The position numbers were made by a program, and so were the translations under genes. The notes under the pieces are model-generated. The model was given only the letters and a program-made list of their open reading frames with translations. It was not told where the DNA came from and did no database searches. Shown here in pieces: positions 38,017-49,374 of a stretch of DNA of 64,000 bases. Position 1 is the stretch's first letter, and each line of letters starts with the position of its first letter. The stretch covers positions 1,560 to 65,559 of the forward strand of contig JAJXWQ010000006.1 of NCBI GenBank assembly GCA_021781555.1, in the 5' to 3' direction. The stretch is from a bacterium. Lineage in GTDB: Bacteria > Cyanobacteriota > Sericytochromatia > S15B-MN24 > VGJW01.

Positions 38017-39774
38017 TTATCCGGCCGAGAAGAGCCTCAGGGGCTGTCTGCCATGGGGCGCCAGGGGAATCCAGCGCACGAAGGCGCCTCTGGACACGTC
38101 GTAGAGCCCGATCCGGTTCCCCGCCAGGGCGGCGAGAGTCCGTGGATCTACCCACGCAAGGCTGGTCAGCGGGGCGGGGGCGGGGATCTGTGCGGTGACG
38201 GTCCGCTTGCGGACGTCGATGCAAGCCAGCAAACCCTTGCCATCAGCCCCGGCTTCGGCCACGTAGAGGAGCTTGCCGGGCCGGTTGGCGATCATCGCCA
38301 CGGGGCGGCGAGCGAGGGCGATCGGCATTCCGTCCGCCGCGCTGCCGGTCGGATCGAGGCTCGTCGCCTCGAACTCGAGCTCTCCTCGATCCAGGTCGAA
38401 GACCCCGGCGGGGAGGTAGAGGGTGGTGCCGGTCGTGAAGGGGTAGGGGATCTCGTCAGGGCGATCGAAGCCGATCTCGAAGTCCCAGGTGCGCTCGCCG
38501 AAGTGCGCGATGACGGTGCGGCCAAATCCAAGCAGCACGCGTCCTGCGGCCTGCTCGAAGCCCAGGTCGTAGGCACCGAGCTCGGGCGCGTTGAAGGTCT
38601 TGATGATCTCGAACCGGCGCAGGCTGAAGGGCTTGAGATCCACCAGGTCGACCTCGGAGCGACTCGGAATGTGAACGACCAGGAGATTTTCGCGCGGCAG
38701 GTAGAGCCCTGCGTCGGCGGGCCCCGGGAGCGGCACGGCGCCGTAGGTATCCGGATGGAGGGTGTCCACGACCTCCAGGTGATCGGGATAGGCCACGAGG
38801 ATGGGCCGGGAGAGCCCCCAGGCCGCGGCCCGGGTCGAGCCGAAGAGGAGCAGCGCGCCGACCAGCGCGGCCAGGGGCCCCGTGAGCTTGCGTGCGATCG
38901 CCCCGTCGGGGGCCTGGCTCGCGGCCTGGCTGGCCTCTTCGGCGAGGAACTCCCAGCGGTTGTGCACCCAGAGCCAGTGATCGGGATTGGCGCGGATCCA
39001 GGCCTGGTAGCGGTCCACGATTTGCTGGGCGTTGACCTGGGGATCCGGGTCGAGATCGAGCGCCGGTTCGAGGATGAGGCGATGGCGATCGCCCGGACCT
39101 CGAACCATCCGTGCCGGAACGATGGCTGCGCCAGTCCGCCGCGCCAGGGTGAAGGGCCCCAGCGGAACCCACACGCGCTGGCCGAGAAAGGTTGCGGTCG
39201 CCTCCCGGGCCGGCCCGTGCTGATCGACCAGCAGCATCAGCATCTCCCCGGCTCGCAAAGCGCGCAAGGCAGCCCGAATCGACTGCGGGCCCGTGTTGGA
39301 TATCGTGCGCCCGCCCACCATGGCACGGTACTCGATGAAGAGGCGGGCAAAGGCGTCCTTGCTGGGCGTCTGGACCAGGGCGGAGACCCGCCCGAACTCC
39401 CGGGCCAGGGTCGCGCCCATGAGCTCCCAGTTGCCGAAGTGGGCCGAAACGATGATCGCACCTTGCCCCGCGGCCAGGGCGGCCTCGAGGTGCTCCCGGC
39501 CGGAGATCTCGATGATGCGGCTGCCTTCTTGATCCAGCAGGGGGTAGCGCATGAGCTCCACGATCGACCGCGTCAGCAGGACGAGCGCATCCGAGCCGAG
39601 CTCGTTTGCCTGACGAGCGCTCATCTCCGGCCACGCGGTGCGGATGTTCGTCGAGACGAAATCCCGGTAAGGGGTCAAGCGGTAGATTCGCCAGACGACC
39701 CGCGCAAAGGCCGTCGCGATCCCGAGCGCCAGGCGCCTGGGCAGCGTACAGGCCACGGCCCCGAGAGTCCGCAT
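38017..39774 (-). CDS. LpxL/HtrB-family lipid A acyltransferase fused to a TM segment and a ~290-aa C-terminal beta-rich domain
   Basis: GAIIVSAHFGNWELMG, MLMLLVDQH, GPFTLARRTGAAIVPA and ANPDHWLWVHNRW. These are followed by the TM segment LTGPLAALVGALLLFG and an extracytoplasmic domain. Start uncertain (ATG 39774 chosen). Confidence 0.75.
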   Translation of the reverse strand: MRTLGAVACTLPRRLALGIATAFARVVWRIYRLTPYRDFVSTNIRTAWPEMSARQANELGSDALVLLTRSIVELMRYPLLDQEGSRIIEISGREHLEAALAAGQGAIIVSAHFGNWELMGATLAREFGRVSALVQTPSKDAFARLFIEYRAMVGGRTISNTGPQSIRAALRALRAGEMLMLLVDQHGPAREATATFLGQRVWVPLGPFTLARRTGAAIVPARMVRGPGDRHRLILEPALDLDPDPQVNAQQIVDRYQAWIRANPDHWLWVHNRWEFLAEEASQAASQAPDGAIARKLTGPLAALVGALLLFGSTRAAAWGLSRPILVAYPDHLEVVDTLHPDTYGAVPLPGPADAGLYLPRENLLVVHIPSRSEVDLVDLKPFSLRRFEIIKTFNAPELGAYDLGFEQAAGRVLLGFGRTVIAHFGERTWDFEIGFDRPDEIPYPFTTGTTLYLPAGVFDLDRGELEFEATSLDPTGSAADGMPIALARRPVAMIANRPGKLLYVAEAGADGKGLLACIDVRKRTVTAQIPAPAPLTSLAWVDPRTLAALAGNRIGLYDVSRGAFVRWIPLAPHGRQPLRLFSAG

Positions 39775-39986
39775 CACGAGGTACAAAGCCCGGGTGCCGC
39801 CCGTCACCGCCACGAGTCCTTCGAAACCGTATCCTCGAGAGGCCGGCGCCGTCCGCAGCGAAGCCGCGAGCAACCGCTGTTGAGAGCTTGCACGAAGCAG
39901 GTATACCCGAGCCTGGCCGGTTTGACCGGAGCCGAGGTCGGGTACGGCCCCGATTGACCCTCGAGCCTCTCCCCGAACCCAGGTCC

Positions 39987-42900
39987 ATGCATCCGAAGGC
40001 CCTCGCATCCCATCAGGCCGGGCTGGCCTACGAGCAGCACGGGGACCTTCAGGCTGCCGCGGCGGAGTACGAGAAGGCCCTGGCCCTCGACCCCCGGCTC
40101 GAGCTGACCCGAACGCACCTGGCCGCCGTACGTCACCAGCTCGGCGAATACGAGGCTGCCATCGGGCACTACCGCCAGCTCGTCGAGGCCCAACCGGATG
40201 ACCTCAAGCTCCTTTACAATCTCGGCGCATCCTACTCGGCAGCTGGCAAATCGACCGAGGCTGCCCCGCTGTTCCTGCGCTGCGCCCGCCTCGACCCGAC
40301 CTTCGTGCCCGCGCTGTCGAGTCTGGTGTGGGTCTACCGCCAGCAAGGCGACAGCGACTCCGCGATCGCCGTCCTGGGACAGCTCTCCAAGCTCGAGCCC
40401 GAGAACCTCGAGGTGCAGTACCAGCTAGCCGAGCTGCTGCGCCAACAGGGTCGCCAGCTCGAGGCCATCGCGCAGCTGGAAGGCCTGATCGCGCAAAACT
40501 CCGGCCACTTCGCCGGGAGGCTGCTGCTGGCGGATCTCCTCGCAGAGCGGGATGCCGAATCCGCCTGGCAGCAGCTCTCCAAGGTCTGGGAGAAGGACCC
40601 GGGGTTCGTGGGATCGCGCGATCTGGCCGAGCGGATCGTCCTGCAAGCCCTCGGGCAGGCCGAGGGGGCCCGCGATCGGGGGGCGCAGGCGACCTGGCTT
40701 GACCGCAAGATCTTGATGGGCCAGCGGGATCCCGCGTCTGTCCGCCGCCTGGCCGATCTCTACCGCGACCTCGACCGCACGGCCAAGGCCGCCGCGCTGT
40801 ATCAGGAGCTCCACCTGCTCGATCCGGCCGATCTCGACCTGTCCAGCGTGCTGGCCAGTTGCCTGAAGCGGCTCGGCAAGCGTGACGAGGCCAGGGGCGT
40901 CCTGGAAGGCGTGCTGCAGGCGCGCCCGGATGATCCCGAGGCCCTGCTGATGCAGGCGGACCTGCTCGCCGAGACGGGGCGACCCGCCGAGGCGAAGGAG
41001 CTCCTGGCCCACCTCTTGTCCCTCGACCCGGGCCACCGGGCCGCCAGGATCAAGCTGGCCCACGCCGAGGCCCTCCTGGGCGACGAGGAGGGGGCCTACC
41101 AGATCGTCCACGACCTGGTCCAGGGGGCCCTCACGGACTTCGAGATGCGGCGCGAGGCGGCCAGCTTCTGCCGCAAGATGGCCGCCTCGCACCAGGCCGG
41201 GCGCACGGGCCGCACTGGCGGCGAGACGTCGGCTCCAGCCGATCGACAACGCTCTCTGGAGGCCACGGCCCGGTGGTGGGAGCGCTACCTCGAGTTCGAA
41301 CCCGAGGACGCCAAGGTGCTCGAGACCCTCGGCGGGATCTACCGTCAGAGCCTGGCCCACGCGGATGCCGCCCGGATCTACGAGAGCCTTGCTCGGATCC
41401 GTCCAGACCCGGCCGTCTGGCACCTGCTCGGAAGCTGTCGCATGGCGGCCGGCGATCCGGCCGGGGCCGCCAGCGCGTTCCAGACGGCCCTCGAGCGTAC
41501 GACGGTCAGCCGCCTTGCTTCGGGGGGCAGCGCGGAGTCGCCGTCGATCGGCGGCAAGACCGCCCCGGCTGGCCTGGGGGGGCGGGATCCCTCGGTTGCC
41601 ACGCGGATGGCCCTGGCCGAAGCCCTCCTGGCACAGCAAGACGTCGCGGGCGCCCTCGCTGCCGCCAGGGACGTGCTCGCTCGCGAGCCGGGTCACTCCC
41701 TGGCCGCTCCGATGGCTCGCAAGATCCTGGTGGAACAGGCTCAAGAGGCGACGGCCCAGGGCCGCCACCCGGAGGCTGCGGATCTGTGGCGCGAGGCGAT
41801 CAAGCTCGGCCGCGATGCCGATAGCCTGCGCCAGCTTGCCGATGCGCTCGAACGCGTCGACGACGCGCCGGGAGCTGCCTGGGCTTGCGAGCAGCTCCTG
41901 GCCCTGAATCCGACGGATCGCCACCTCTTGCAGCGCCTGGGGGAGCTCGCCCTGGCCACGCGAAGGACCGACGAGGCCCGGCGCTGGTTCACCGAGCTCC
42001 TGGCGTCCGACCCGCAGAATCTGCGCGCGATGGTTGCCCTGGCTGACCTCGCGTGGGGCTCGGGTGATCGGGCGACTGCCTACGACCTGTACGAACGCGC
42101 GGTAGCCCTCGATCCCGGCCACATCCCCGGAGTCCTGGCCTTCGCCCGAGACGCCCTGGCGTCCGATCAGCCGGGCGAGGCGTGGGAGTATGCCCGCCGC
42201 ATTCTGGCCCAGCACCCGCAACACGCAGAGGCCGTGGCGATCGCCGGCGAAGCCCTCGGCCGTCTGGCGAAGGCCGCGCCCCCCCAGAGCGCGCTGGCGT
42301 GGTGGCAGAGCCTCTGCACCTTGCACCCCGAGGACAAGGAGGCCCTGCGGGGCCTCTGGCGATGCTACCGCGCCCTGGGGGGACTGGCCGAGGCGGCGCA
42401 GGCCGCGCAGCGCATCCTCGCCCTGGATCCCCTCGATGCCGAGGCCGCCCTCTATGCTGCCGAGCAGGAGCGCCGCGCCGGTCGCGTGGATGCCGCCCGT
42501 GCCGCTCTCCGGCCGCCAGCGGAGGCTGGCGATCCCGACTGCCTGCTCGAGCTTTCGGCGATCGAGCGCGCCTCGGCCGACTGGCCGGCCGTCCGCGCCT
42601 GCCTCGGCCGCCTCGTGGCAGCCCGACCCGACGACGTCGATGCGATCGAGGGCCTGGCGGAGGCCGATCTCGCCGAGGGCCACGGGAGCGAGGCCTGGGC
42701 CTCGCTCGAGCCGCTCTTGAAGGATGGCCGTGCCACCTTCTTCGGCCGCAAGATGGCCGGGGAGGCCGCACGAGCGACGGCCAGGGCCGCGCAGGCCGAC
42801 GCGGCCATCGGCTGGTGGCGGCGGGTCCTGGTCGCCCTCGAGAACGATCCCGAGGCCATGCGGGCGCTCATCGGGCTGTATGCCCAGGCGGGCGACCACG

Positions 42901-45900
42901 AGACGGCGAGCCGCGTGGCGAAGGCCCTCCTGGCGCAGGCGCCCGATCGCGACGCGGCCTTCTTCCTTGCCGACTATCACGCCGATCGTGGCGAGTGGGG
43001 CGAGGTGGCCAAGGTCCTCCACCTGGTCGCAGACGATCCCAAGGCCGCCTACCTGCTCGCCAAGATCGCCTGGCAGAACCACGATGCGGCAGCCGCCAGG
43101 GGGCACCTGGAGCAGCTGCACCGCCACGTGCCAAGGCACCGCGGCGGGGCGCTGCTGCTGGCCCAGATCGCCACCGAGCGGGGTGATCTCGAAGAGGCGT
43201 ACTCGGCTCTCACCGAGGTGCTGGCCCTGGATCCCGAGGATCCAGTTGCCGGAGCCGCGCTGCCGGACCTCTGTCGCCAGGCCGCCGCCGCCTGCGAGGA
43301 GCGACCGGATGCAGCGGCGAGCTGGTGTCGGCGCCTGGTCGCCTTTGCCCCGGACGACCTCGAAGCCCGGGCGGATCTCGCCGGGGCGCTGGCCCGGGCT
43401 CGAATGCACGCGGAAGCCGCCGAGGCCTACCACGAGCTCGGAGGAATGGCGCCGGAAGACGCCCGATGGCCGGCTCGCGAGGCCGACTGCCTGCTGCTCG
43501 CGGGCCACCCCAGGGAGGCGGCTGTCGCCCTGGCCCGGGCGCGCGAGCTGGCCCCCGACGACCCGGGCGTCACGCTCACCATTGCCCTGCTGGCCGAGCA
43601 GGCCGAGCGGTTCGAGCAGGCTTATGTCGCCGGATGCGCCGTCCTCGCCCATCTGCCGAGCCCCACGCAGGACCCTCGGGCTGCGCAGGCCACCCGCATC
43701 GCCCTGCACGCCTGCCTCAAGCTGGCCGAACAAGCACGCATCGCGGGGGATCCCGCGGGCATGGCCACGCACCTCGAGCGGGCCGCGGCGCTGGATCCGC
43801 AGAACCTGCAACTGGTGCGAGCCCTGGGCGACGCCTGCCGGATGGGGCAAGACGCTCTCGGTGCGGCCAGGGCCTTCGAGCGGGCTTTCGAGCTGGCGCC
43901 CGCCGATCTCGAGATCGCCTTCCTGGCCGGAGAGATGTACCGCGCCGGCCAGGAGCTGGCGTCAGCTCGCAGGCTTTTCCTCAAGATCCTCGAACGCAAG
44001 CCCGATCACCTGCCGACCTTGCTCGTCCTGGCCGGCTTGCTCTGGCAGGACGGGGATCTCGCGGGGGCACGCTGGTACCTCAAGCGGATCCTCGCTGACC
44101 TCGACGCGGCAGCCGCCACGGGTACGAGCGAATTGCCGAGCGAGCCGCTCGACGGGGCGGCCCTGCGCGAGCAATTCGAGCGGCAGATCGCCGCCGGCAG
44201 GGCTCCTGCGCCGCAAGAAGCCCGCCGGCAGGTGCTCTTGATGCTGGCAGGCGTCGCGCTCGAGGAGAAGGAGCTCGACGATGCGTTCCAGCATGCTGAA
44301 GCTGCGCTCGCGCTGTGCGAGGATAGCTCCGGGCCGAGCGCGGATCAGGCCCGGGCCACGCAGATCAAGATCCTCGGGGCGATCGGCGATCGGGCCCTGG
44401 AAGCCGGGAACCTGGACGCGGCCCGCAGGGCCTGGAAGCAAGCTGTCCACCTCGCTCCGGAGGAGCGCGGCTCGTTCCGCCGGTTGGCCGAGATCGAGCA
44501 GCAGGCCGGCAACCTCGAGGAAGCCGCGCGGATGTTCGGCGTGCTCTGGGAGACCGACCACCGCGACGTCGCGGCGGCTCTGGCGCTGGGCAGCGCCCTG
44601 GCAGGGCAGGGGCTCCGGTCCGAGGCGCGGCGAGCCTACGAGGAGGCCGCTGCCGCGTCTGCGGGTCCCGAGGCGGCCATTGCCCTGGCCGAACTTGCGT
44701 GGGAGGACGGCGATCCCGACGGGACCTGGCGCTGGGCCCAGGCGGCTCGGTCCTGCGATCCGGACTACGCTCGGGCTCGCGACTGGGCCTGCGATGCGGC
44801 CATCGCGCTCGCCACCCGGGCGCGCGACGCAGGGAATAGCGACCAGGAGCGTGCCTGGTGGGAGCTCCTGGCCGAGCTGGCGCCCGTGGGCCGGGAGCGG
44901 CTTCTCGCCCTGGCCCGCGGCCAGGTGCGGATGAATGCTCCCGAACTCGCCGCTGCGACCCTTTTGCAGCTCAAGGAGGAATGCCCGGGCGATCCGGAGG
45001 TTGCCTTCGAGCTGGCCGAGACGCTCAAGCTGGCGGGCGACCTCGAAGGCGCGATGCTCAACTACCGTCGGATCATCCTCGGCGTCGAGGGGGATCGCGA
45101 GGCGCCCGGCGAGGAGGATCCATCCCCTTCGGCTCGGATCCGGACGGCACTGGCGGCGGAGCCCGTCGTCACCGGCCAGGTTCCGATCAGTCGCAAGGAG
45201 CGTGCGCTGCTCGAACTTGCCCGGATCGGCATGGAGCTGGGTCGGGCCGAAGAAGCCTGGGAGTGGAGCCAGGCGCTGCTCTCGATCCGGCCCGATCACG
45301 GCGAGGCCAAGGAGCTGGCCAGCCGCTGCGCCGCGGACCTGGCCGAGGCTGCCGAGCGCGAGGACGATCTCGACAGTGCCCTCCTGTACCGGCAGGTCTT
45401 CCTCGCTCTGCGGCCTCAGGACCAGCAAGGAACCCTGGCACTCGCACGGGTTCACCTGGCTGCCGGGCGATCCGCCGAGGCGATCGCGCTGTATCGCGAC
45501 TTGCTGGGTCGTCATCCGAACGAGGTAGCGGTCAAGCTGGCGCTTGCGGATGCGCTGGTCGCCGCGGACCCGGCAGCGGCGAGCGCCCACTACCAGGAGA
45601 TCCTCGAGATCCACCCCCGCCACCCCGGTGCGCTGTCGGCCCTGGCAGGAATGGCCGAGCGCACCGGCGATCCAGCTCGGGCCTTCGGTCTGTACGGCCA
45701 GGCCGCCGAGGCTTCGGACGATCCGACCCCCTACCAGCTGGCGCAGGCCGAGATCGCCTGGAGGACCGACCGCGCCTTCGAGACCTGGGAGCTTTCCGGC
45801 CAGATTCTGGCTCGCGATCCGGGTCATCCCCGGGCTACCGAGCTGGCAACCCAGTCGTGTCGCCGGCTCGCCGAACAGGCTCACAAGCGCGGGGTGTTGG

Positions 45901-47135
45901 CCCAGGAGCGCGAGCACTGGGAAGCCCTCGTGGAGCTCGTCCCGGACAGCCAGGACGCGCTGCGCGAACTCGGGCGGATCGCCCGGGAGGACCGGGACTT
46001 CACGACCGCCGAACGGCTCCTCGAGAAGGCCCTGGACCAGGATCCAGGCGACCGTGCCGCAGCCTTCGAGCTGGGTCTTCTCAACATGGCGACGGGGAAC
46101 CGTCAGGGGGCTCGGACCGCCTTCATGGATATCCTCGAGCAGGATCCCTACCAGGCGGGGACCCTGCTCGAGATCGCCCAGCTGGACTGGGACGAGGGGG
46201 ATCCCGACGGCGCCTGGTATCACGTGCAGGAGTTGCTGGCACTCGAGCCCACCAACGCCGCTGGGCTGGCCCTGTTCACAAAGCTGGCGCGCCGCTTCGC
46301 CGAGCGCACGGCGGCGACGGGCGATCTCAAGAGCTCTATCGAGTGGTGGCAGCTGGCCGTCAGGCAGTCGCCCAAGGATACCGAACTGCTGCGCGAGCTG
46401 GCCGAGGCCAGGGTCCAGGGCGGAGATTTCGAGGGCGCGGCGGTCGCTTTCGGGCGGCTGCTGGAGCTGTCTCCCGGGGATCTTGACGCCGCGCACCGGG
46501 CCGCCGACACCTATCGACACATGGGCGACTGGGCCCGGGCCGAGGCGGCGTTGCGTCGCGTGGTGGAGCTCGATCCGCACCACGCGGCCTCCCTCCGGTC
46601 GCTCCTGAAGCTCACGCGGGAGCAGGGCAATGCCCCCGAGGTGATGAACTGGGCCTACGCCCTGCTGGATCTCGATCCCAAGGATCCAGACGCCCTGTTC
46701 CAGCTGGCCTGGGCCCACAACACGCTGCTCGAGAAGAAGGCAGCGCTCGTGACCTTCGAGGAACTCCTCAAGCAGCAGCCCCAGCACGCTGCCAGCTGGC
46801 ACCAGGCCGCGATCCTTTACCGGGACCTCGGTGACCTGGATGCGGCGCGCAAGGCGGCTACGAACGCGATCGTCTACGGGCCGAAGCCCGAGTGCCACGT
46901 CACCCTGGGGACCATCTACGGAAGGATGGGCCTGTGGGACGAGGCCGTCGCCGCATTCAGCCAGGCGCTGGTCCTCCAGCCGGACTACGCCGACGCCCTG
47001 GCCCAGCTGGGCTTTGGCTTGTTGCAGCTTCGCCGACCCGACCAGGCGCGGCCTCATCTCGAGCGGGCGATCACCCTCTTGCCCCGCGGCGAGGAGCTCG
47101 CCCTGTCGGTGCGCTGCGCCCTCGACCTGATGTGA
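39987..47135 (+). CDS. giant tetratricopeptide-repeat protein (2382 aa)
   Basis: ATG 39987; the track ORF starts 127 codons upstream, overlapping the divergent gene. Wall-to-wall TPR-type repeats ([10 protein letters not shown]..., A...L..AL.LDP), with no signal peptide or other domain seen. Confidence 0.85.
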   Translation: MHPKALASHQAGLAYEQHGDLQAAAAEYEKALALDPRLELTRTHLAAVRHQLGEYEAAIGHYRQLVEAQPDDLKLLYNLGASYSAAGKSTEAAPLFLRCARLDPTFVPALSSLVWVYRQQGDSDSAIAVLGQLSKLEPENLEVQYQLAELLRQQGRQLEAIAQLEGLIAQNSGHFAGRLLLADLLAERDAESAWQQLSKVWEKDPGFVGSRDLAERIVLQALGQAEGARDRGAQATWLDRKILMGQRDPASVRRLADLYRDLDRTAKAAALYQELHLLDPADLDLSSVLASCLKRLGKRDEARGVLEGVLQARPDDPEALLMQADLLAETGRPAEAKELLAHLLSLDPGHRAARIKLAHAEALLGDEEGAYQIVHDLVQGALTDFEMRREAASFCRKMAASHQAGRTGRTGGETSAPADRQRSLEATARWWERYLEFEPEDAKVLETLGGIYRQSLAHADAARIYESLARIRPDPAVWHLLGSCRMAAGDPAGAASAFQTALERTTVSRLASGGSAESPSIGGKTAPAGLGGRDPSVATRMALAEALLAQQDVAGALAAARDVLAREPGHSLAAPMARKILVEQAQEATAQGRHPEAADLWREAIKLGRDADSLRQLADALERVDDAPGAAWACEQLLALNPTDRHLLQRLGELALATRRTDEARRWFTELLASDPQNLRAMVALADLAWGSGDRATAYDLYERAVALDPGHIPGVLAFARDALASDQPGEAWEYARRILAQHPQHAEAVAIAGEALGRLAKAAPPQSALAWWQSLCTLHPEDKEALRGLWRCYRALGGLAEAAQAAQRILALDPLDAEAALYAAEQERRAGRVDAARAALRPPAEAGDPDCLLELSAIERASADWPAVRACLGRLVAARPDDVDAIEGLAEADLAEGHGSEAWASLEPLLKDGRATFFGRKMAGEAARATARAAQADAAIGWWRRVLVALENDPEAMRALIGLYAQAGDHETASRVAKALLAQAPDRDAAFFLADYHADRGEWGEVAKVLHLVADDPKAAYLLAKIAWQNHDAAAARGHLEQLHRHVPRHRGGALLLAQIATERGDLEEAYSALTEVLALDPEDPVAGAALPDLCRQAAAACEERPDAAASWCRRLVAFAPDDLEARADLAGALARARMHAEAAEAYHELGGMAPEDARWPAREADCLLLAGHPREAAVALARARELAPDDPGVTLTIALLAEQAERFEQAYVAGCAVLAHLPSPTQDPRAAQATRIALHACLKLAEQARIAGDPAGMATHLERAAALDPQNLQLVRALGDACRMGQDALGAARAFERAFELAPADLEIAFLAGEMYRAGQELASARRLFLKILERKPDHLPTLLVLAGLLWQDGDLAGARWYLKRILADLDAAAATGTSELPSEPLDGAALREQFERQIAAGRAPAPQEARRQVLLMLAGVALEEKELDDAFQHAEAALALCEDSSGPSADQARATQIKILGAIGDRALEAGNLDAARRAWKQAVHLAPEERGSFRRLAEIEQQAGNLEEAARMFGVLWETDHRDVAAALALGSALAGQGLRSEARRAYEEAAAASAGPEAAIALAELAWEDGDPDGTWRWAQAARSCDPDYARARDWACDAAIALATRARDAGNSDQERAWWELLAELAPVGRERLLALARGQVRMNAPELAAATLLQLKEECPGDPEVAFELAETLKLAGDLEGAMLNYRRIILGVEGDREAPGEEDPSPSARIRTALAAEPVVTGQVPISRKERALLELARIGMELGRAEEAWEWSQALLSIRPDHGEAKELASRCAADLAEAAEREDDLDSALLYRQVFLALRPQDQQGTLALARVHLAAGRSAEAIALYRDLLGRHPNEVAVKLALADALVAADPAAASAHYQEILEIHPRHPGALSALAGMAERTGDPARAFGLYGQAAEASDDPTPYQLAQAEIAWRTDRAFETWELSGQILARDPGHPRATELATQSCRRLAEQAHKRGVLAQEREHWEALVELVPDSQDALRELGRIAREDRDFTTAERLLEKALDQDPGDRAAAFELGLLNMATGNRQGARTAFMDILEQDPYQAGTLLEIAQLDWDEGDPDGAWYHVQELLALEPTNAAGLALFTKLARRFAERTAATGDLKSSIEWWQLAVRQSPKDTELLRELAEARVQGGDFEGAAVAFGRLLELSPGDLDAAHRAADTYRHMGDWARAEAALRRVVELDPHHAASLRSLLKLTREQGNAPEVMNWAYALLDLDPKDPDALFQLAWAHNTLLEKKAALVTFEELLKQQPQHAASWHQAAILYRDLGDLDAARKAATNAIVYGPKPECHVTLGTIYGRMGLWDEAVAAFSQALVLQPDYADALAQLGFGLLQLRRPDQARPHLERAITLLPRGEELALSVRCALDLM

Positions 47136-47211
47136 AGCTCCGCTGGCAAGGCTGCAACCCGCGGTGGCGGGCGAGCCGGCAATCTCGGTCTGGATCTGCT
47201 TTGATAGAGCC

Positions 47212-48018
47212 ATGGCAGTCAAGCTCGGAATCAACATCGACCACGTCGCCACCCTGCGGCAGGCGCGCCTGACCATCGAGCCAGATCCCGTCGCTGCGGC
47301 CGTTCTCGCCGAACTCGGGGGGGGCGACGGCATCACGGTGCACCTGCGAGAGGATCGCCGGCACATCCAGGACCGGGACGTCGAGCTGTTGCGGCAGACG
47401 GTCCGGACCCGGCTCAACCTCGAGATGGCGGCAGCGTCCGAGATCGTCGACATCGCGGTCCGGTTGCGGCCGGATCAGGCCACGCTGGTGCCCGAGCGCC
47501 GCCAGGAGCTCACGACCGAGGGCGGCCTCGACGTGGTCCAGGCGGGGGCGAGGCTCAAGGAGGTGGTTTCGAGGCTCCAGGACGCTGGCATCGCCGTGAG
47601 CCTCTTCATCGACCCGGATCCCGAACAGATCGCGGCGGCCCACGCGGTGGGTGCGGATCAGATCGAGCTTCACACTGGCCCCTACGCCGAGGTCTCCCTG
47701 CGACCAGGCTGGACGCAACCCGCTTCCAGCGACGCTCGCCTGCGGGGTCAGTTCACGCCGGGCGCTGACCGGGTTGCGGCCGAGCTGGCCCGTCTGGAGA
47801 CCGCCGGTCGGCAGGCTCGGTCCCTGGGGCTGATCCTGGCTGCCGGTCATGGCCTGACGTACTGGAACGTGGCCCCGGTCGCGGCGATCGAGGGCATGCA
47901 CGAACTCAACATCGGCCATTCGATCATCGCCAGGGCGGTGCTGGTCGGAATGGAGCGCGCCGTCCGGGAGATGAAGGCGGCGATGGGCCCCCCCCCCGCT
48001 AGACCTTTTGCAGCTTGA
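47212..48018 (+). CDS. pdxJ: pyridoxine 5'-phosphate synthase
   Basis: [50 protein letters not shown] and [15 protein letters not shown] 47212. There is a ~21-aa insertion after HTGPYAE. The last 6 codons and the stop lie inside the repeat. Confidence 0.9.
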   Translation: MAVKLGINIDHVATLRQARLTIEPDPVAAAVLAELGGGDGITVHLREDRRHIQDRDVELLRQTVRTRLNLEMAAASEIVDIAVRLRPDQATLVPERRQELTTEGGLDVVQAGARLKEVVSRLQDAGIAVSLFIDPDPEQIAAAHAVGADQIELHTGPYAEVSLRPGWTQPASSDARLRGQFTPGADRVAAELARLETAGRQARSLGLILAAGHGLTYWNVAPVAAIEGMHELNIGHSIIARAVLVGMERAVREMKAAMGPPPARPFAA

Positions 48019-48210
48019 ACGGGGCCCTCTGCGCGGTCGCTTCGCTGCGCAACCGGGCCCCGTTTGACTCATCGGGCTCGATCCGTTCAAACCGGGAGCA
48101 CTCTAGACCTTTTGCAGCTTGAACGGGGCCCTCTGCGCGGTCGCTTCGCTGCGCAACCGGGCCCCGTTTGACTCCTCGGGCTCGATCCATTCAAACCGGG
48201 AGCACTCTAG
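48000..48210 (+). repeat. two tandem copies of the CTAG-bounded hairpin repeat (period 104 bp, 107-bp units sharing the junction TAG within one CTAG)
   Basis: TAGACCTTTTGCAGCTTGAACGGGGCCCTCTGCGCGGTCGCTTCGCTGCGCAACCGGGCCCCGTTTGACTC[A/C]TCGGGCTCGATCC[G/A]TTCAAACCGGGAGCACTCTAG occurs twice, differing at 2 positions. Confidence 0.9.
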
Positions 48211-48302
48211 ACCGGACCTGCCTGGAAGGGATCGGATCCCTTGCCCCGGCTCCAGGGCGAACGGCCCCGGAGCGAAGCGCGGCCTGAGGGCGACCTTTGC
48301 GG

Positions 48303-49310
48303 TTACTTGACCAGGCCGAGGAGATCGTCCAGGGACTTGTTGTAGTTATCCAGCATGTCCGTCAGGTTCTTGTACACGAAGTTCGCGATGTCGGTGTTCA
48401 TGTTGGCATCCTGCTCGATCGTCGTGAAATCGGCCTGCTCGAGACTCTCGGCGAAAACCTGGATGGGGTCGCCGGATTGCACCCACTGCTTGTAGCTCTT
48501 GCCCATGATCCCGGCTCGGGTCGCCACGTTGGTCTCGTAGATCGTGCCTCCGTAACTGGACTCAGTCAGGAATTCCTGCAGCGGCACCCGCAAGATGGCG
48601 AGGTCCGAGTTGTTGTTGGCCGGATCTTTCTGCTCGGCGGGCGTCAGCTTGGTGGGCTCTCCGGTGAATCCGATGACCCCCTTGACCCGATCGGGGACCC
48701 AGTCGTTCCCCACGGGATTGCCGAGGACGGTCCCGTCGCGCGGCTGGTCGGAGTTGACGACCATGCCCGGCGGGGGGGCGTTCGTCTTGAGCCGCATGAA
48801 CGTGGGAGATGCCGCGTTGAGGTCGATGTCCTGGATCCGCAGCACGTACAGGCCCTGCTGGGTCTCCAGGTGGAACTGCTTGAACGGGGGCTTCTGGTTC
48901 CTCTTGGAGGGGGGGGTCGTGTCCGCCCAGTGGAAGTCGCCCTCGCGTGTGAGGAAGACGCGGGCCCCGGGTTGCAGGCTCTCGGCCACGGCGAAGAATC
49001 CGTTGCCTTTGATGGCCAGATCGGTCATCTGGCCCTGCTCGTCGGAGATGCCACCTTGCTGGAACCGGAAGGTGGACTGAGCGACACGCAGCTCGCTCGG
49101 GCCCGCGGAGATCTGGGGAATCGTGCCGCTGTTGGGGCCGCCCGCCTGGGGTTGACGGAACACGTTGAGCGACGAGAACTGGCCCAGGTTGGTGGCCTTG
49201 GGATTGAATCCCGGGGTGGCCGCGCCCTCGAGGTTGAAGACGATATCGCTACGGAAGGAGTCGATGGCCGCGAAAGTATTGATCAGGCTGTAGCGTAGAT
49301 CGGATCCCAT
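48303..49310 (-). CDS. divergent flagellar rod/hook family protein (FlgF/FlgG/FlgE-like), orphan location
   Basis: 335 aa. N-terminus SLINTFAAIDSFRSDIVFNLEGAATPGFNPK resembles the flg_bb_rod motif. TDLAIKGNGFFAV and FLTREGDFHW are present. The C-terminal helix ...DIANFVYKNLTDMLDNYNKSLDDLLGLVK parallels the flgE C-terminus in this window (...GNEMIDDINNLVK). Confidence 0.65.
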   Translation of the reverse strand: MGSDLRYSLINTFAAIDSFRSDIVFNLEGAATPGFNPKATNLGQFSSLNVFRQPQAGGPNSGTIPQISAGPSELRVAQSTFRFQQGGISDEQGQMTDLAIKGNGFFAVAESLQPGARVFLTREGDFHWADTTPPSKRNQKPPFKQFHLETQQGLYVLRIQDIDLNAASPTFMRLKTNAPPPGMVVNSDQPRDGTVLGNPVGNDWVPDRVKGVIGFTGEPTKLTPAEQKDPANNNSDLAILRVPLQEFLTESSYGGTIYETNVATRAGIMGKSYKQWVQSGDPIQVFAESLEQADFTTIEQDANMNTDIANFVYKNLTDMLDNYNKSLDDLLGLVK

Positions 49311-49374
49311 GCCTCACCTCGCAATTCCCGCCCGATCGGCCCTGGTAGCTGCCTGGCCTGCCCTGGACCGCCAA

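Noticed and set aside
48000-48210. Possible CRISPR array (also considered for 55452-55678).
   Set aside because: The units are contiguous 104-bp and 89-bp repeats with no unique spacers. There are only 2-3 units, no cas genes, and the same unit occurs singly at other loci.
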